Assembly: GCA_963834385.1 (NCBI GenBank)
Contig: CAWIBO010000005.1
Location: forward strand, 1-64,000
Direction of reading: 5' to 3'
DNA length: 64,000 bases
From: an uncultured Verrucomicrobiae bacterium
Lineage (GTDB): Bacteria; Verrucomicrobiota; Verrucomicrobiia; Chthoniobacterales; UBA10450
The position numbers and the translations under genes are program-made. Numbering within the stretch: the stretch's first letter is position 1; each line of letters begins with the position of its first letter. The notes under the pieces are model-generated. The model searched no databases. It saw nothing but the letters and a program-made list of their open reading frames with translations, and was not told where the DNA came from. Shown here in pieces: positions 1-8,852 of this stretch.

Positions 1-45
1 GCTCCTGGCTCCTGGCTGGCGGCAGACAGCTGAGAGCGAAGCGGC

Positions 46-1866
46 TTAATCGCGGAGGGCGGGAATGATCAGGCCGCCGGTGATGTCGTCGCGCTCGCGG
101 TTCCAGAGGCCCTGACCGTAATTGCCCGCGGTGAACGCGACCACGAGATCGAATTGCGGCACGATGAGCAAAAGCTGGCCGCCGTTTCCGTTCGCGTGAA
201 AAGCGGGATAACGTTTGCCGCCGAACTTCACATCGATCATGTGCCAGGCATAGCCTTCATCCGTCTCGTAATAGACGTTGGCGAAATCCTCCCCGCTGCG
301 TCCGGTCGTGGCCGGTGAAATGCGGGCATGCGGCGACATGGCCTCTTTCGTCCAGGCGGTCGTGGCAATCCTGCGCCCGTTCCACTCGCCGCCGTCCAGA
401 TAGGCCTGTCCGACCTTGAGGAGGTCACGTGTCCGCAGGAAAGCGCCCCCGCCGAAATACCCTTCGTAGTTGGGCATTAAATTCCAATAATAGCTTCCGA
501 ACTGCAAAGGCTGCGCCACCGTGCGGTCGAAAAGCTCCGGTAACCAGGTCTGGCTCGAGATCGTGAGCGCGGCACCCACGAGATTAATGTTACCGGAGCA
601 ATAGGCGTAGCGATCGCCCGGTTCGAAAGCCATGGGCAGGTCGAGCGAATATTTCCACCAGTTCGGCTGGTCTGTCTGGGTCTGCATCTTGTCCTCGGTG
701 TAGGGCGAATTTTCGTCGTTATCGTCGCAGGCCAGGCCGGCGGTGTGTGTCAGGAGATGGGCCAGGGTGATCTTCGCCTTGCGCGGGTCGGGATGAGCGA
801 AGGGGCCGAGGGGCGCCAGGAGTTCGTAGACCTTTGTCTGCGGCGAAAGCGCGCTCCCTTGTCTCATGAGGGCACCGAGCATGACGGAAGAAAGCGTCTT
901 ACCGGCGGAGCGTGTGTCGTGCGGGCGTTCGCGCTCGTGCCCGTAGAAATATTCGTCCAGCACGAGCTTGCCGTGGCGTGCGATGGCGAGCGAATGGATC
1001 AGCCAGGCCCGGCGCGAGGCCGGGTCGACGTCGATGATCTTTTGCACCGCGAGGGCGAGCGCTTTTTCATCGAAACCAACGGTGTTCGCCGGGGCCACGC
1101 TCCAGCCGTCGTCGGTGGCTTGGGGCGTGCGGTAGACGTAGGTGCCCGGGTTGGGCGAGCGCGGAAAGAAGTCCGGGATCTCTGCCGGAGTGCGGCGCTC
1201 AAGGTGGAGGGTGCGGGCCACAGGCGGCCAGAAGATCTCAAGGCGGTCCGGCGTGCGCAGGGTGGCGTCGAAAGTGATGTCGCGGCCGGCCTCCGCCCGG
1301 GTCACGCTAAAGCGAAGCGTGCTCTCCTTGTGCGCAACGTTGAAGAGAGGATGGCCGCCGTTGAAGTTGTATTCCGGATTACGGAACGCGGCGACGAGGC
1401 GGCCTTCCGGATCGCGATAGACCTTGAGATAGAGGGTGAAGCGAACCTCGAGCGGTGCCACCGTGCCCTGCCAGCGGTTCCGCCCCGTCGCCGTCAGCTT
1501 CAGGGGCGTGGCGAACGGCTGCGTGGCGCTGCCCGGCTCGCGCGTGGGGGTAAGGAAAACCGACGGCGTGATCCAGAACGCGCGGACGTTGTCGCCCTCC
1601 GCCGAGACGCGAAGCTCGCCTTTCCCGTGCGGAAAAGTGAATTTCATCTGCGGACCAGCCGGCGAGACCACTTCGGAGCCGTTGAGCGACGCCCGCCAGG
1701 CATCGGCGCCCTTCGAGAGGGTGAGGGCGCCGGACATCCCGGAGGGGAAATTCAACTGCGTCGACCAAAACCCGACGGCCGGGTCCTCCGCCTGAGCCGC
1801 GTGGGCCACCGTCGCCAGGATAAAGGCGAGCGAGAGGGCGACCGGCAGTGCCCTGTGCATGTTCAT
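46..1866 (-). CDS. Secreted serine hydrolase (beta-lactamase/PBP-like, AmpC family) with N-terminal extension
   Basis: SxxK (RSAGKT), YCS (YxN-like) and ANGNGGQ motifs; signal peptide; ATG at 1866 overlaps the GntR stop (ATGA). Confidence 0.85.
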   Translation of the reverse strand: MNMHRALPVALSLAFILATVAHAAQAEDPAVGFWSTQLNFPSGMSGALTLSKGADAWRASLNGSEVVSPAGPQMKFTFPHGKGELRVSAEGDNVRAFWITPSVFLTPTREPGSATQPFATPLKLTATGRNRWQGTVAPLEVRFTLYLKVYRDPEGRLVAAFRNPEYNFNGGHPLFNVAHKESTLRFSVTRAEAGRDITFDATLRTPDRLEIFWPPVARTLHLERRTPAEIPDFFPRSPNPGTYVYRTPQATDDGWSVAPANTVGFDEKALALAVQKIIDVDPASRRAWLIHSLAIARHGKLVLDEYFYGHERERPHDTRSAGKTLSSVMLGALMRQGSALSPQTKVYELLAPLGPFAHPDPRKAKITLAHLLTHTAGLACDDNDENSPYTEDKMQTQTDQPNWWKYSLDLPMAFEPGDRYAYCSGNINLVGAALTISSQTWLPELFDRTVAQPLQFGSYYWNLMPNYEGYFGGGAFLRTRDLLKVGQAYLDGGEWNGRRIATTAWTKEAMSPHARISPATTGRSGEDFANVYYETDEGYAWHMIDVKFGGKRYPAFHANGNGGQLLLIVPQFDLVVAFTAGNYGQGLWNRERDDITGGLIIPALRD

Positions 1867-2531
1867 GGTCCACCATCCTTTTCGGCGTCGCGCGTCTTGA
1901 GCCATTTGACGATGGGAGCGCGGCCGGTCTCCATGTTTCGGCGGAGCGCGGTGCAAGCCGCGGCGAGGTCACGCTTCTTCAGGGCATTGATAATCGCCTG
2001 ATGCCCGGCGGTGGCGACCTTGATGTTCGTTTGTTCGCGCATCAAGGCGATCTCGTATCGGCGCGTCCGCTGGATCAACTGCCTGATCAGGTCCAGCAGC
2101 ACCTTGTTCTCGCACCCGGCGATCAGCTCGAGGTGCCATTGATTATCGAGATCGATAACGGTGTTGGGATCGCGCGAACGTTCGATCCGTTCGTTGAGCT
2201 CCTTGAGCCGGGCCAAGCGTTCGGGCGAGGGCAGTCCCGCGAGGCGCAAGGCCGGTGGATCAAGCAGGGGGCGAAGATCATAGATCTGCTCGAACTCCTC
2301 CAGGCTGAGCTCGCGCACGAAATAGCCGATGCGCGGGATGGAGCGCAACGTCCCTTCCTGGTCGAGCCCGGCCAAGGCCTCGCGGAGGGGGGTGCGACTC
2401 ACGCCCAATTTTTGGGCGAGATGGACTTCGTTGATGCGTTGGCCCGGGGGGAGGCGGCCATCGACGATCAGGTCGCGGAGGGCCGCGGCGACCTGATCAG
2501 AAACATTCTCGCGTGGAAGAGGCTGGAGCAT
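1863..2531 (-). CDS. GntR/FadR-family transcriptional regulator (FCD domain)
   Basis: wHTH signature LAQKLGVSRTPLREAL; C-terminal FCD-like D..H and H..II.AL; start taken at MLQPLPR. Confidence 0.9.
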   Translation of the reverse strand: MLQPLPRENVSDQVAAALRDLIVDGRLPPGQRINEVHLAQKLGVSRTPLREALAGLDQEGTLRSIPRIGYFVRELSLEEFEQIYDLRPLLDPPALRLAGLPSPERLARLKELNERIERSRDPNTVIDLDNQWHLELIAGCENKVLLDLIRQLIQRTRRYEIALMREQTNIKVATAGHQAIINALKKRDLAAACTALRRNMETGRAPIVKWLKTRDAEKDGGP

Positions 2532-2536
2532 CTGAA

Positions 2537-2573
2537 TACTGTATACAGTAGGAGGGTTGAAGCGGTGAGGCAA
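2537..2573 (-). promoter_or_regulatory. Sigma70-like promoter of the GntR gene overlapped by a perfect 14-bp palindromic operator TACTGTATACAGTA
   Basis: TTGCCT-N17-TACTGT on the minus strand; palindrome 2537-2550 covers the -10 and the likely TSS. Confidence 0.65.
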
Positions 2574-2593
2574 GGGGAAGTTGGACGCGGGAG

Positions 2594-2728
2594 GATCGGT
2601 GATCGGTGATCGGTGATCGGTGATCGGTGATCGGTGATCAGCCGCAGCGGCTGTGCCGACCTCCGACTCCCAGCTCCAGCTCCTAGCTCCTAGCTCCTAG
2701 CTCCTAGCTCCTAGCTCCTAGCTCCTAG
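2594..2728. repeat. Heptamer tandem arrays (GATCGGT)x6 and (CTCCTAG)x7
   Basis: Read directly at 2594-2635 and 2680-2728. Confidence 0.95.
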
Positions 2729-3315
2729 CTTCGCGCCGGGGTGTTCTTCAGGACGAGGGCGATGACGAGGCCGGCGGCGAGGAAGCCGACGATATCGAGG
2801 GCGATCTGGGAGAGGGTGTAGGTCCCGTTGAAGCCGTACCAGTTCCAGTAGGAGATGTGGGTGGCGACGGCGGCGAGCAGGCCGGCGACAAAGACGAACC
2901 CGACCCGGCTGCCGAACCCAACGAGGGCGGTCTGCGCGAGCAGGTAAACGACCAGGAGCGCCTCGAGGAAGTTGGTGCCGAACTCGATCCCGAGCGATTT
3001 CGGGAAATTAAAGAGCGTCCCGGCCGGTTTGTAGACAAGCAGGCCGGAGGGCTGCGTTTTCATTTCTTCCATGATCGTCTCCATGGCGGCGCCATGAGCC
3101 GCGTTGGAAGAATCGGGCGTCAAGCCGCCGGTCGGGAAGAAATACATGCCCGTCTTGTCGCCGATGGCGGAGGTGAGCGAACGGGAGAGGTCGGCCACGC
3201 CCGGCAGCGGCGTCATGCCGGCATTACCAAGCGGGGTAAACGTGTGGGCGACAAAGCCCCAGAGGAAAATGGCGACGGCGCCGAGGAAAGCAGCGAGGAA
3301 GTGTTTTGTGGTCAT
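2725..3315 (-). CDS. Hypothetical integral membrane protein (about 4 TM)
   Basis: 196-aa ORF with hydrophobic helices and YWNWYGF; GC-biased codons. Confidence 0.8.
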   Translation of the reverse strand: MTTKHFLAAFLGAVAIFLWGFVAHTFTPLGNAGMTPLPGVADLSRSLTSAIGDKTGMYFFPTGGLTPDSSNAAHGAAMETIMEEMKTQPSGLLVYKPAGTLFNFPKSLGIEFGTNFLEALLVVYLLAQTALVGFGSRVGFVFVAGLLAAVATHISYWNWYGFNGTYTLSQIALDIVGFLAAGLVIALVLKNTPARS

Positions 3316-3346
3316 GGGGAGGGGGGAGGAGGAGGAATTAGGAATT

Positions 3347-3456
3347 AAGAATTAAGAAGGAAGAAGTGAGGGCCGGAGGCCGGGAGCTGGAAGATTGTAG
3401 CTGGAAGATTGGGGGATTGAGGGAGGAGATGAATTAGGAAACCAGGAAGGCAGGAA
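3347..3456. repeat. ~110-bp purine-rich dispersed repeat, copy 1
   Basis: Near-identical direct copy at 7486-7597. Confidence 0.85.
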
Positions 3457-3779
3457 GGGGGTGGGGGAATTAGGAATTAGGAATTAAGAATTAAGAAGGC
3501 AGAAGGGGGGAGGAAGAAAGCTGAAACGCTGAAAAGCTGAAAAGCTGAAATGGGGGAGAGGGAAGTTTGGGGAGACGCTGACGGGCTGACAAGCTGAAAA
3601 GGGCGGCTGCGAGGCAGGCGGGAGTTGGAAGCTTGAAGATGGAAGATTTGGGGAAAGCGCTGAAAAAGGGGCCGGAGCCCCGGAAGCTGGAGGATTGGGG
3701 GATTGAGGGAAAAAGCTGACACGCTGAACGCTGAAATGGGAAGGATTATTTTCGATTTTCGACTGTCGAATTTCGATTG

Positions 3780-3882
3780 TCCGACTTCCGACTTCCGACC
3801 TCCGACCTCCGACCTCCAGCTCCAGCTCTCAGCTTCAGCTTCAGCTTCTAGCTTCTAGCTCCTAGCTCCTAGCTTCTAGCTT
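3780..3882. repeat. Degenerate 6-7-mer tandem arrays (CCGACTT/CCGACCT, CTTCAG, CTAGCTT/CTAGCTC)
   Basis: Read directly; the array runs into the stop codon of the 3876 gene. Confidence 0.9.
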
Positions 3883-4352
3883 CTTTTGGAGACGATTTCG
3901 TGGGCGATGCGGCGGGCTTCCTCTTCGAGGGCGCCGACGGTGAACTCGGGGCAATCGCGACGATCGATGAGGTACTCGCGCACGGCGGGTTCGAGGCCGC
4001 CGGCTTTTTCGCACTGGGCGACGTGGACGAACTGGTGGAGGAGCAGTTCGCGGTTCCCCCAGGCATCAGCGCGAATAACGATTCCATGGCCGATGGTGAC
4101 GCCGCGGGAAGCGTCGGTGATGATCTGATTGCGCCGGGCGGCCTCGGCCAGCTCGGGGTCATCGGGCGGCTCGATCCGGTCGACCAGAAGAATGCGGATG
4201 CGGTCGGTCTCCCTGACGCCGACCAGCCGGGCATCGGCGGCCTGGTTCTCGCGCAGGGGCATGCCGTGCTCGAGAATCAGTTTCTCCTGCGCGGCCGACC
4301 ACTGGAGCGCGCGCTCCACTAGTTCTTCAAAAGTTTGTTGATCCATGGTCAT
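3876..4352 (-). CDS. Hypothetical DUF4157/zincin-like protein with HQxxH variant motif
   Basis: GVTIGHGIVI...LLLHQFVHVAQ...LEEEA resembles the DUF4157 pattern LLxHELxHVxQ...E.EA. Confidence 0.65.
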   Translation of the reverse strand: MTMDQQTFEELVERALQWSAAQEKLILEHGMPLRENQAADARLVGVRETDRIRILLVDRIEPPDDPELAEAARRNQIITDASRGVTIGHGIVIRADAWGNRELLLHQFVHVAQCEKAGGLEPAVREYLIDRRDCPEFTVGALEEEARRIAHEIVSKRS

Positions 4353-4603
4353 AGGGCGGGTGGCCGGGGAGGTTAACAGCAACCGCCGAAACGGAAAGCG
4401 TTTTGCCTGCCGGGCGTCACGGCTGGCCGAACCCGCACGATGATAAGGAATCGCGCGAAACCGGCCCAGTGGACGGGCGGGGGGGGGTAAAGAATTAGGA
4501 AGTAAGAATTAAGAGGTGAGCAGGATTCTCGATTCTCGAGTCCGATTTCGAAGGTCGATTGAAGAAGTGAGAATTAGGAAGAGTAGGAAGCTGGAAGATG
4601 GGA

Positions 4604-4724
4604 GTGAACTGTGAATGGTGAACGGTGAACGGTGAACGGTGAACGGTGAACGGTGAACGGTGAACGGCTGCAGCGGATATTCCGACTTCCGACTTCCGAC
4701 TTCTGACTTCTGACTTCTGACTTC
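4604..4724. repeat. Heptamer arrays (GTGAACG)x7 and (TTCYGAC)n
   Basis: Read directly. Confidence 0.95.
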
Positions 4725-4847
4725 CTGGGCGCGGTGCGATGCAGCCGGGAGCAGGATCAAGATCAGGAGCATGAGCAGGAGTTTGTTTTTCCGACGTTCT
4801 TTCTTCCTGTGTTCCTGGTTTCCTAATTCAATCCGCCTTCTGATTTC

Positions 4848-5714
4848 TCAGGTTTCGCGGGCGGAGACGACTTTTCGGACGATCTGGTTGCGGACGCGTT
4901 CGCCGAGGAAATCGAGGGCGGCGACGAGGACGAACATGAAAAGGAGAACGGTGGCGAAGCGGTCCCACTGGTAATATTCCTGGTAGGTGTGGAGCTGGAG
5001 ACCGACGCCGCCGGCGCCGACGATCCCGACGATGGAGGCGGAGCGGATGTTGTACTCGAGCATCCAGAGCGAGTAACTCCAGACGAGCGGCTTGGCGTGC
5101 GGCCAGAGCCCGTATTGGAAGGCCTGGATGGTGCGGGCGCCGAGCGCCTTGAGCGCGCGCGCCACCTCGAGATCGACCGATTCAAAGGCGTCGGAGAAGA
5201 ATTTCCCGAGGTAACCCATGCTGTAGAAAGTGAGGCCGATGACCCCGGCAAGCGGGTTGGCCCCGACGATGGCGACGGCGAGGAGCGCCCAGATGAGGCT
5301 GGGAATGGTGCGGATGCCGTTCATGAGCATGCGCGCGAGGAAAACGAGCCAGCGCGGGGAAAGCGTCTGCGCCCCGGCCATGGCCAGCGGAATCGAGAGG
5401 ACGATGGAGAACGCCGTGGCCATGATGGCGATCTGGAAGGTTTCGCCGATGCCGATGAGGGTCGGGATCGTGACGGAAAAATCGGGCGGGAAGAAATTGG
5501 CGAGAAATCGGGAGATGTTGCGCCCGTAATCGAGGTCGCGCCCGGAACCGCGCAGGACGTTCAATGACGCCACGATGGCGACGATGAAAAGGAGGAGCGA
5601 GACGTTAAGGACGCTGAGGCGCTGGTGCCACTTCAGCTCAATCGGCAGGATCGGACGGGGCGGGGTCGAGGCCGCGCCGGGTTCCCGCGGTTCAATTGCG
5701 GGAGGCGACGGCAT
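4848..5714 (-). CDS. phnE: Phosphonate/phosphite ABC transporter permease
   Basis: FFPPDF, ETFQIA, R.IP.L, G.LGKFF, EYNIRSASIVGIVGAGGVG motifs. Confidence 0.9.
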   Translation of the reverse strand: MPSPPAIEPREPGAASTPPRPILPIELKWHQRLSVLNVSLLLFIVAIVASLNVLRGSGRDLDYGRNISRFLANFFPPDFSVTIPTLIGIGETFQIAIMATAFSIVLSIPLAMAGAQTLSPRWLVFLARMLMNGIRTIPSLIWALLAVAIVGANPLAGVIGLTFYSMGYLGKFFSDAFESVDLEVARALKALGARTIQAFQYGLWPHAKPLVWSYSLWMLEYNIRSASIVGIVGAGGVGLQLHTYQEYYQWDRFATVLLFMFVLVAALDFLGERVRNQIVRKVVSARET

Positions 5715-6465
5715 TGATCTCCCGGATCCGCCATTTCCCGGGATTGAGCGGGTCGAGACTGAGCGCGTAATCGGCGAAACGCTCGAGCAACGCGGGATCG
5801 TGGAGCACGCAGAAGACCGTGCGTTGTTTCTCGTGCGCTTCCTGCCGGAGAATGCCGAGGACGCGGCCGCAGAGGTAGGCGTCGAGGTTCGAGACCGGCT
5901 CGTCCGCGAGGAGAAGCTCCGGTTGCTGGAAGAGGGCGCGGGCGATGGCGGCGCGCTGTTGTTCGCCGCCGGAGATATCGGCGGCGCGCCGGTGGAGATA
6001 ATCGCCGAGGCCGAGATCGGCCAGGATGAGCGCGGCTTCCTCCTTGTCGGCCGCGGGGAAGTTGAGCAGCGTCCGCCACCAGGGGTAGCGACCGAGGCGA
6101 CCGCAGAGCACGTTTTTCAGGACACTGCTGTTCTGGGCGAGAAGGAAGTTCTGGAAGATGATGCCGACCCGTTTCTGGTAATCGGGCGCGGAATGGTCGC
6201 AGCCGGCCAGGCAGGAAAAGGTCATGTTCCCTTCGGTCGGTTTCATGAGCCCGGCGAGGCAGGCGAGGAGGCTGGATTTGCCGACGCCGGACGGGCCGAC
6301 GACCGCGACGATGGAGCCGCGGGGGACGTGCCAGTTCAGGCCGCGAAACAGCCAGCGGCCGTTGCGGCGCAGGCCGACCTCCTCGAGGACGAGGTGCGGT
6401 TTGCTGGGAGCCGAGCCGTTGGGCGCGGGCGGGGGGCAGCCCTGATTATTTGGTGTCTTTGACAA
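5692..6465 (-). CDS. phnC: Phosphonate ABC transporter ATP-binding protein
   Basis: Walker A GPSGVGKS, ISGGEQQR, LLADEPVSNLD, NVLCGRLG. Confidence 0.9.
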   Translation of the reverse strand: MSKTPNNQGCPPPAPNGSAPSKPHLVLEEVGLRRNGRWLFRGLNWHVPRGSIVAVVGPSGVGKSSLLACLAGLMKPTEGNMTFSCLAGCDHSAPDYQKRVGIIFQNFLLAQNSSVLKNVLCGRLGRYPWWRTLLNFPAADKEEAALILADLGLGDYLHRRAADISGGEQQRAAIARALFQQPELLLADEPVSNLDAYLCGRVLGILRQEAHEKQRTVFCVLHDPALLERFADYALSLDPLNPGKWRIREINAVASRN

Positions 6466-7324
6466 AATCGAGAGCGCCCCGGAGGGCGCCGAGGTGTTTC
6501 TCCGTCTCCACCTCGATCAGCTTGGAAGTAAAGACGGCGTCGCGCAAGGCCGTGTTCTCGGGCTGGTTCAGGCTCTGGAGCGCGTCGCGCAGCGTTTTCT
6601 GGTCGGCCTTCGGGATGCTGGAGCGGACCGCGACGACGTGGGTGGGGACCGGGCCCTGCTCCGCAACCTTCTTCAGTTTGGCGCGCTGTTCGGCGGAGAG
6701 GTGCTTGTCCTTATCGAGCACGTAATAGCTGACGGCGGCCGCCTCCGCTTCGCCGTTGAGGACGCGTTCCACCGCGGAGACGTAACCGGTCCCGTAGAAG
6801 ACGTTGCCTTTGCCGAAGAATTCCTCCGGATCGCCGCTCTGAGTGAGCCCCTTTTGTTTGAGGTCCCACATGGGGATGAGATAACCGGAAGTGCTGGTGC
6901 GACTGGCGAAGGCAATCGGCTTGTTCTTGAGATCGGCGACCTTGGCGTAGGGCTTCTCCTTCAGGGTGAGCCAGTAGCTTTTGTAGTAATCGTGCCCGTC
7001 GATCTCGCCCGCGAGAAGGATTTCGGCGACGTTTTGTTTCTGCGCGTTCACCATGTCGGTGGCGCTGAGGTAACCGAGATCGATGGTGCCGTTGGCGAAG
7101 CCCTCGATGATGACGGCGGAGGAAAGGGGGACCGTGACCTCGACCGGTTTGCCGAGTTTTTTCGAGAGGAAATCGGAGAGCGTTTTGCGTTCCTCCATCA
7201 TCTGGTCGGGGTTTTTATCCGGCTTGAGCGCGACAACGATCTTGGGCAGGGCAAGGTCGGCCGCGGAAGCGGTGCCGGCGAAAAGGAGAAACAGGAGAGC
7301 GAGCGACCAACGGAGAGAAGGCAT
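6446..7324 (-). CDS. phnD: Phosphate/phosphite/phosphonate ABC substrate-binding protein
   Basis: Signal peptide; STSGYLIP motif; first gene of the phnDCE operon. Confidence 0.88.
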   Translation of the reverse strand: MPSLRWSLALLFLLFAGTASAADLALPKIVVALKPDKNPDQMMEERKTLSDFLSKKLGKPVEVTVPLSSAVIIEGFANGTIDLGYLSATDMVNAQKQNVAEILLAGEIDGHDYYKSYWLTLKEKPYAKVADLKNKPIAFASRTSTSGYLIPMWDLKQKGLTQSGDPEEFFGKGNVFYGTGYVSAVERVLNGEAEAAAVSYYVLDKDKHLSAEQRAKLKKVAEQGPVPTHVVAVRSSIPKADQKTLRDALQSLNQPENTALRDAVFTSKLIEVETEKHLGALRGALDFVKDTK

Positions 7325-7485
7325 GAGAAGGAAGTTTAAGACAAACGGAAGCTGAGTCCAACCCGGGGCGGGAGAAGGGGTCATCATGGGGAGAAAGATG
7401 GCGGGGAAGGACGAGGGGTGCTGCTGGCGGATTGCGTTTTTTTAGCGGTGAATTGTCTGGGGAAGGAAAGTAAGAATTAAGAAGG

Positions 7486-7651
7486 AAGAATTAAGAAGGA
7501 AGGAGTGAGGGCTGGAGGCCCGGAAGCTGGAAGATTGGAGCTTGAAGATTGGGGGATTGAGGGGAGGAGATGAATTAGGAAACCAGGAAGGCAGGAAATC
7601 GGTGATCGGTGATCGGTGATCGGTGATCGGTGATCGGTGATCGGTGATCGG
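7486..7651. repeat. ~110-bp purine-rich repeat copy 2 followed by (GATCGGT)x~7
   Basis: Matches 3347-3456; heptamer array at 7598-7651. Confidence 0.9.
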
Positions 7652-7725
7652 GCGCGGTGGCTTCTTAGCTACCGGCGTCCCGGCCCCGGGGTGACCTGCG
7701 ATCCTGACGGGCGATTCGTGCGCGA

Positions 7726-7998
7726 TTAGAAGCGGGGCGGGCGCAGTTGTCTGGTCCCGCGCTGGGAAAAGGCGCGGGCGGCGCCGACGATGGCGCCGGT
7801 GGCGAGGCCCCAAAAAAGAGTCTGCTGCCAGGTGTCGGGCCCTCCTTGGCCGAGAGGCGGCTCGTGCCCTGTCAGTCTGCGCCAGCTTTTCTCGAGAATC
7901 TGCCGGGATACGGCGGCGGTGGCGATGGCGGCGACGAGCGCGAGCACCGTCCAGGTCTCGTCACGCTCGAGGAGATCGCGGGGCGAAGGCAGGTCCAT
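7726..7998 (-). CDS. DUF4235-like small membrane protein
   Basis: WRRLTGHEPP and W.Q.LFWGLATGA motifs. Confidence 0.75.
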   Translation of the reverse strand: MDLPSPRDLLERDETWTVLALVAAIATAAVSRQILEKSWRRLTGHEPPLGQGGPDTWQQTLFWGLATGAIVGAARAFSQRGTRQLRPPRF

Positions 7999-8003
7999 GG
8001 CCC

Positions 8004-8165
8004 CTACTTGATCTTGATGATGACGTAGAGGGCGTGGATCACGCCGGGAACATAACCAAGGAGGGTGAGCAGGATGTTCAGCCAGAAATGACCGCCGAAC
8101 CCGACCTGCAGAAAGACGCCGACGGGGGGGAGAATGATTGCGAGAATGATGCGTAGAATGTCCAT
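8004..8165 (-). CDS. yqaE: YqaE/Pmp3-family small membrane protein (53 aa, absent from the ORF track)
   Basis: Manual translation MDILRIILAIILPPVGVFLQVGFGGHFWLNILLTLLGYVPGVIHALYVIIKIK. Confidence 0.92.
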   Translation of the reverse strand: MDILRIILAIILPPVGVFLQVGFGGHFWLNILLTLLGYVPGVIHALYVIIKIK

Positions 8166-8259
8166 GTTTTAAAAATGGGGCCGGAGGTTGAGGGTGTCCG
8201 TCCCCGCTTAACTATCGCAGGTGCAAGGCCCTGCGGTTGCAGCGAATGCGCAAAGAATG

Positions 8260-8330
8260 AGCGGGTGAAGGGAATCGAACCCTCGTATGCAGCTTGGGAA
8301 GCTGCCGTTCTACCATTGAACTACACCCGC
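8260..8330 (-). tRNA. tRNA-Gly (CCC); CCA not encoded
   Basis: GCGGGTGTAGTTCAATGGTAGAACGGCAGCTTCCCAAGCTGCATACGAGGGTTCGATTCCCTTCACCCGCT folds as a cloverleaf. Confidence 0.97.
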
Positions 8331-8342
8331 GTTGGAATTTTG

Positions 8343-8371
8343 ATTTTCGATGGGGGATTTGCGCTTGGCAA
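8343..8371 (-). promoter_or_regulatory. Putative sigma70 promoter for tRNA-Gly
   Basis: TTGCCA-N17-GAAAAT, 12 nt upstream of the tRNA. Confidence 0.4.
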
Positions 8372-8852
8372 GAGCGATCCCTTGCTTCGTGGGAAGGAAT
8401 CGCACGGTGAATTGGATTGACGGCGCTGCGAACGAACCTCTAGCGTCGGTCTGCCATGAAATTCCAACTCCGTCGGGGGGTGGTAAGGGCAACAGGGGCA
8501 ACCATTCTGGTCATTGTCTGTTTAGCGCCTCCTTTACTTGATGCGGCCTGCGGCGGGGGGAAGGCCGGCGAGGACACCGGGGGCATCGTGGCGGCGGCGG
8601 CGCAGCCGCGGGCGTCGGAATCTCCCTGGGCATTGACGTCATTCGCCGCGCCACGGCGCCGAAGCAGGTGCATGAAGGCCGCGCCGTCGTGAGCGAGACA
8701 AAAAAAGCGTCGCCCAAACGGTCCGCCGTGCGCTCGAAAAAGCTGAAGCCAGGCGGCGTCTGGAGTTCGATCAACCCTACAGCCAAAGACCTGACCGCTT
8801 CCGTAGAGGCGAGTCGCTGATTTTCCGGCCGCGACCGCGGACTTCTCAAACC

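Noticed and set aside
2537..2550. LexA SOS box
   Set aside because: CTGT and ACAG are separated by 2 nt rather than 8; the context fits a GntR operator
4479..4487. G9 tract as a phase-variable switch
   Set aside because: Intergenic, not within a recognisable promoter, and homopolymers are unreliable in this assembly
3477..4772. ORFs 3477-3722 and 4509-4772 (also 7442-7813, 50567-51077)
   Set aside because: They are translations of the intergenic repeat arrays
2594..7651. CRISPR array
   Set aside because: The units are contiguous 7-mers with no unique spacers, and there are no cas genes
8260..8330. tRNA-Gly or tRNA-Leu as attachment sites for an integrated element
   Set aside because: No duplicated tRNA 3' end and no integrase seen in the window
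8456..8820. Small ORFs upstream of the paralog pair
   Set aside because: No recognisable motifs or RBS; cannot be supported as genes
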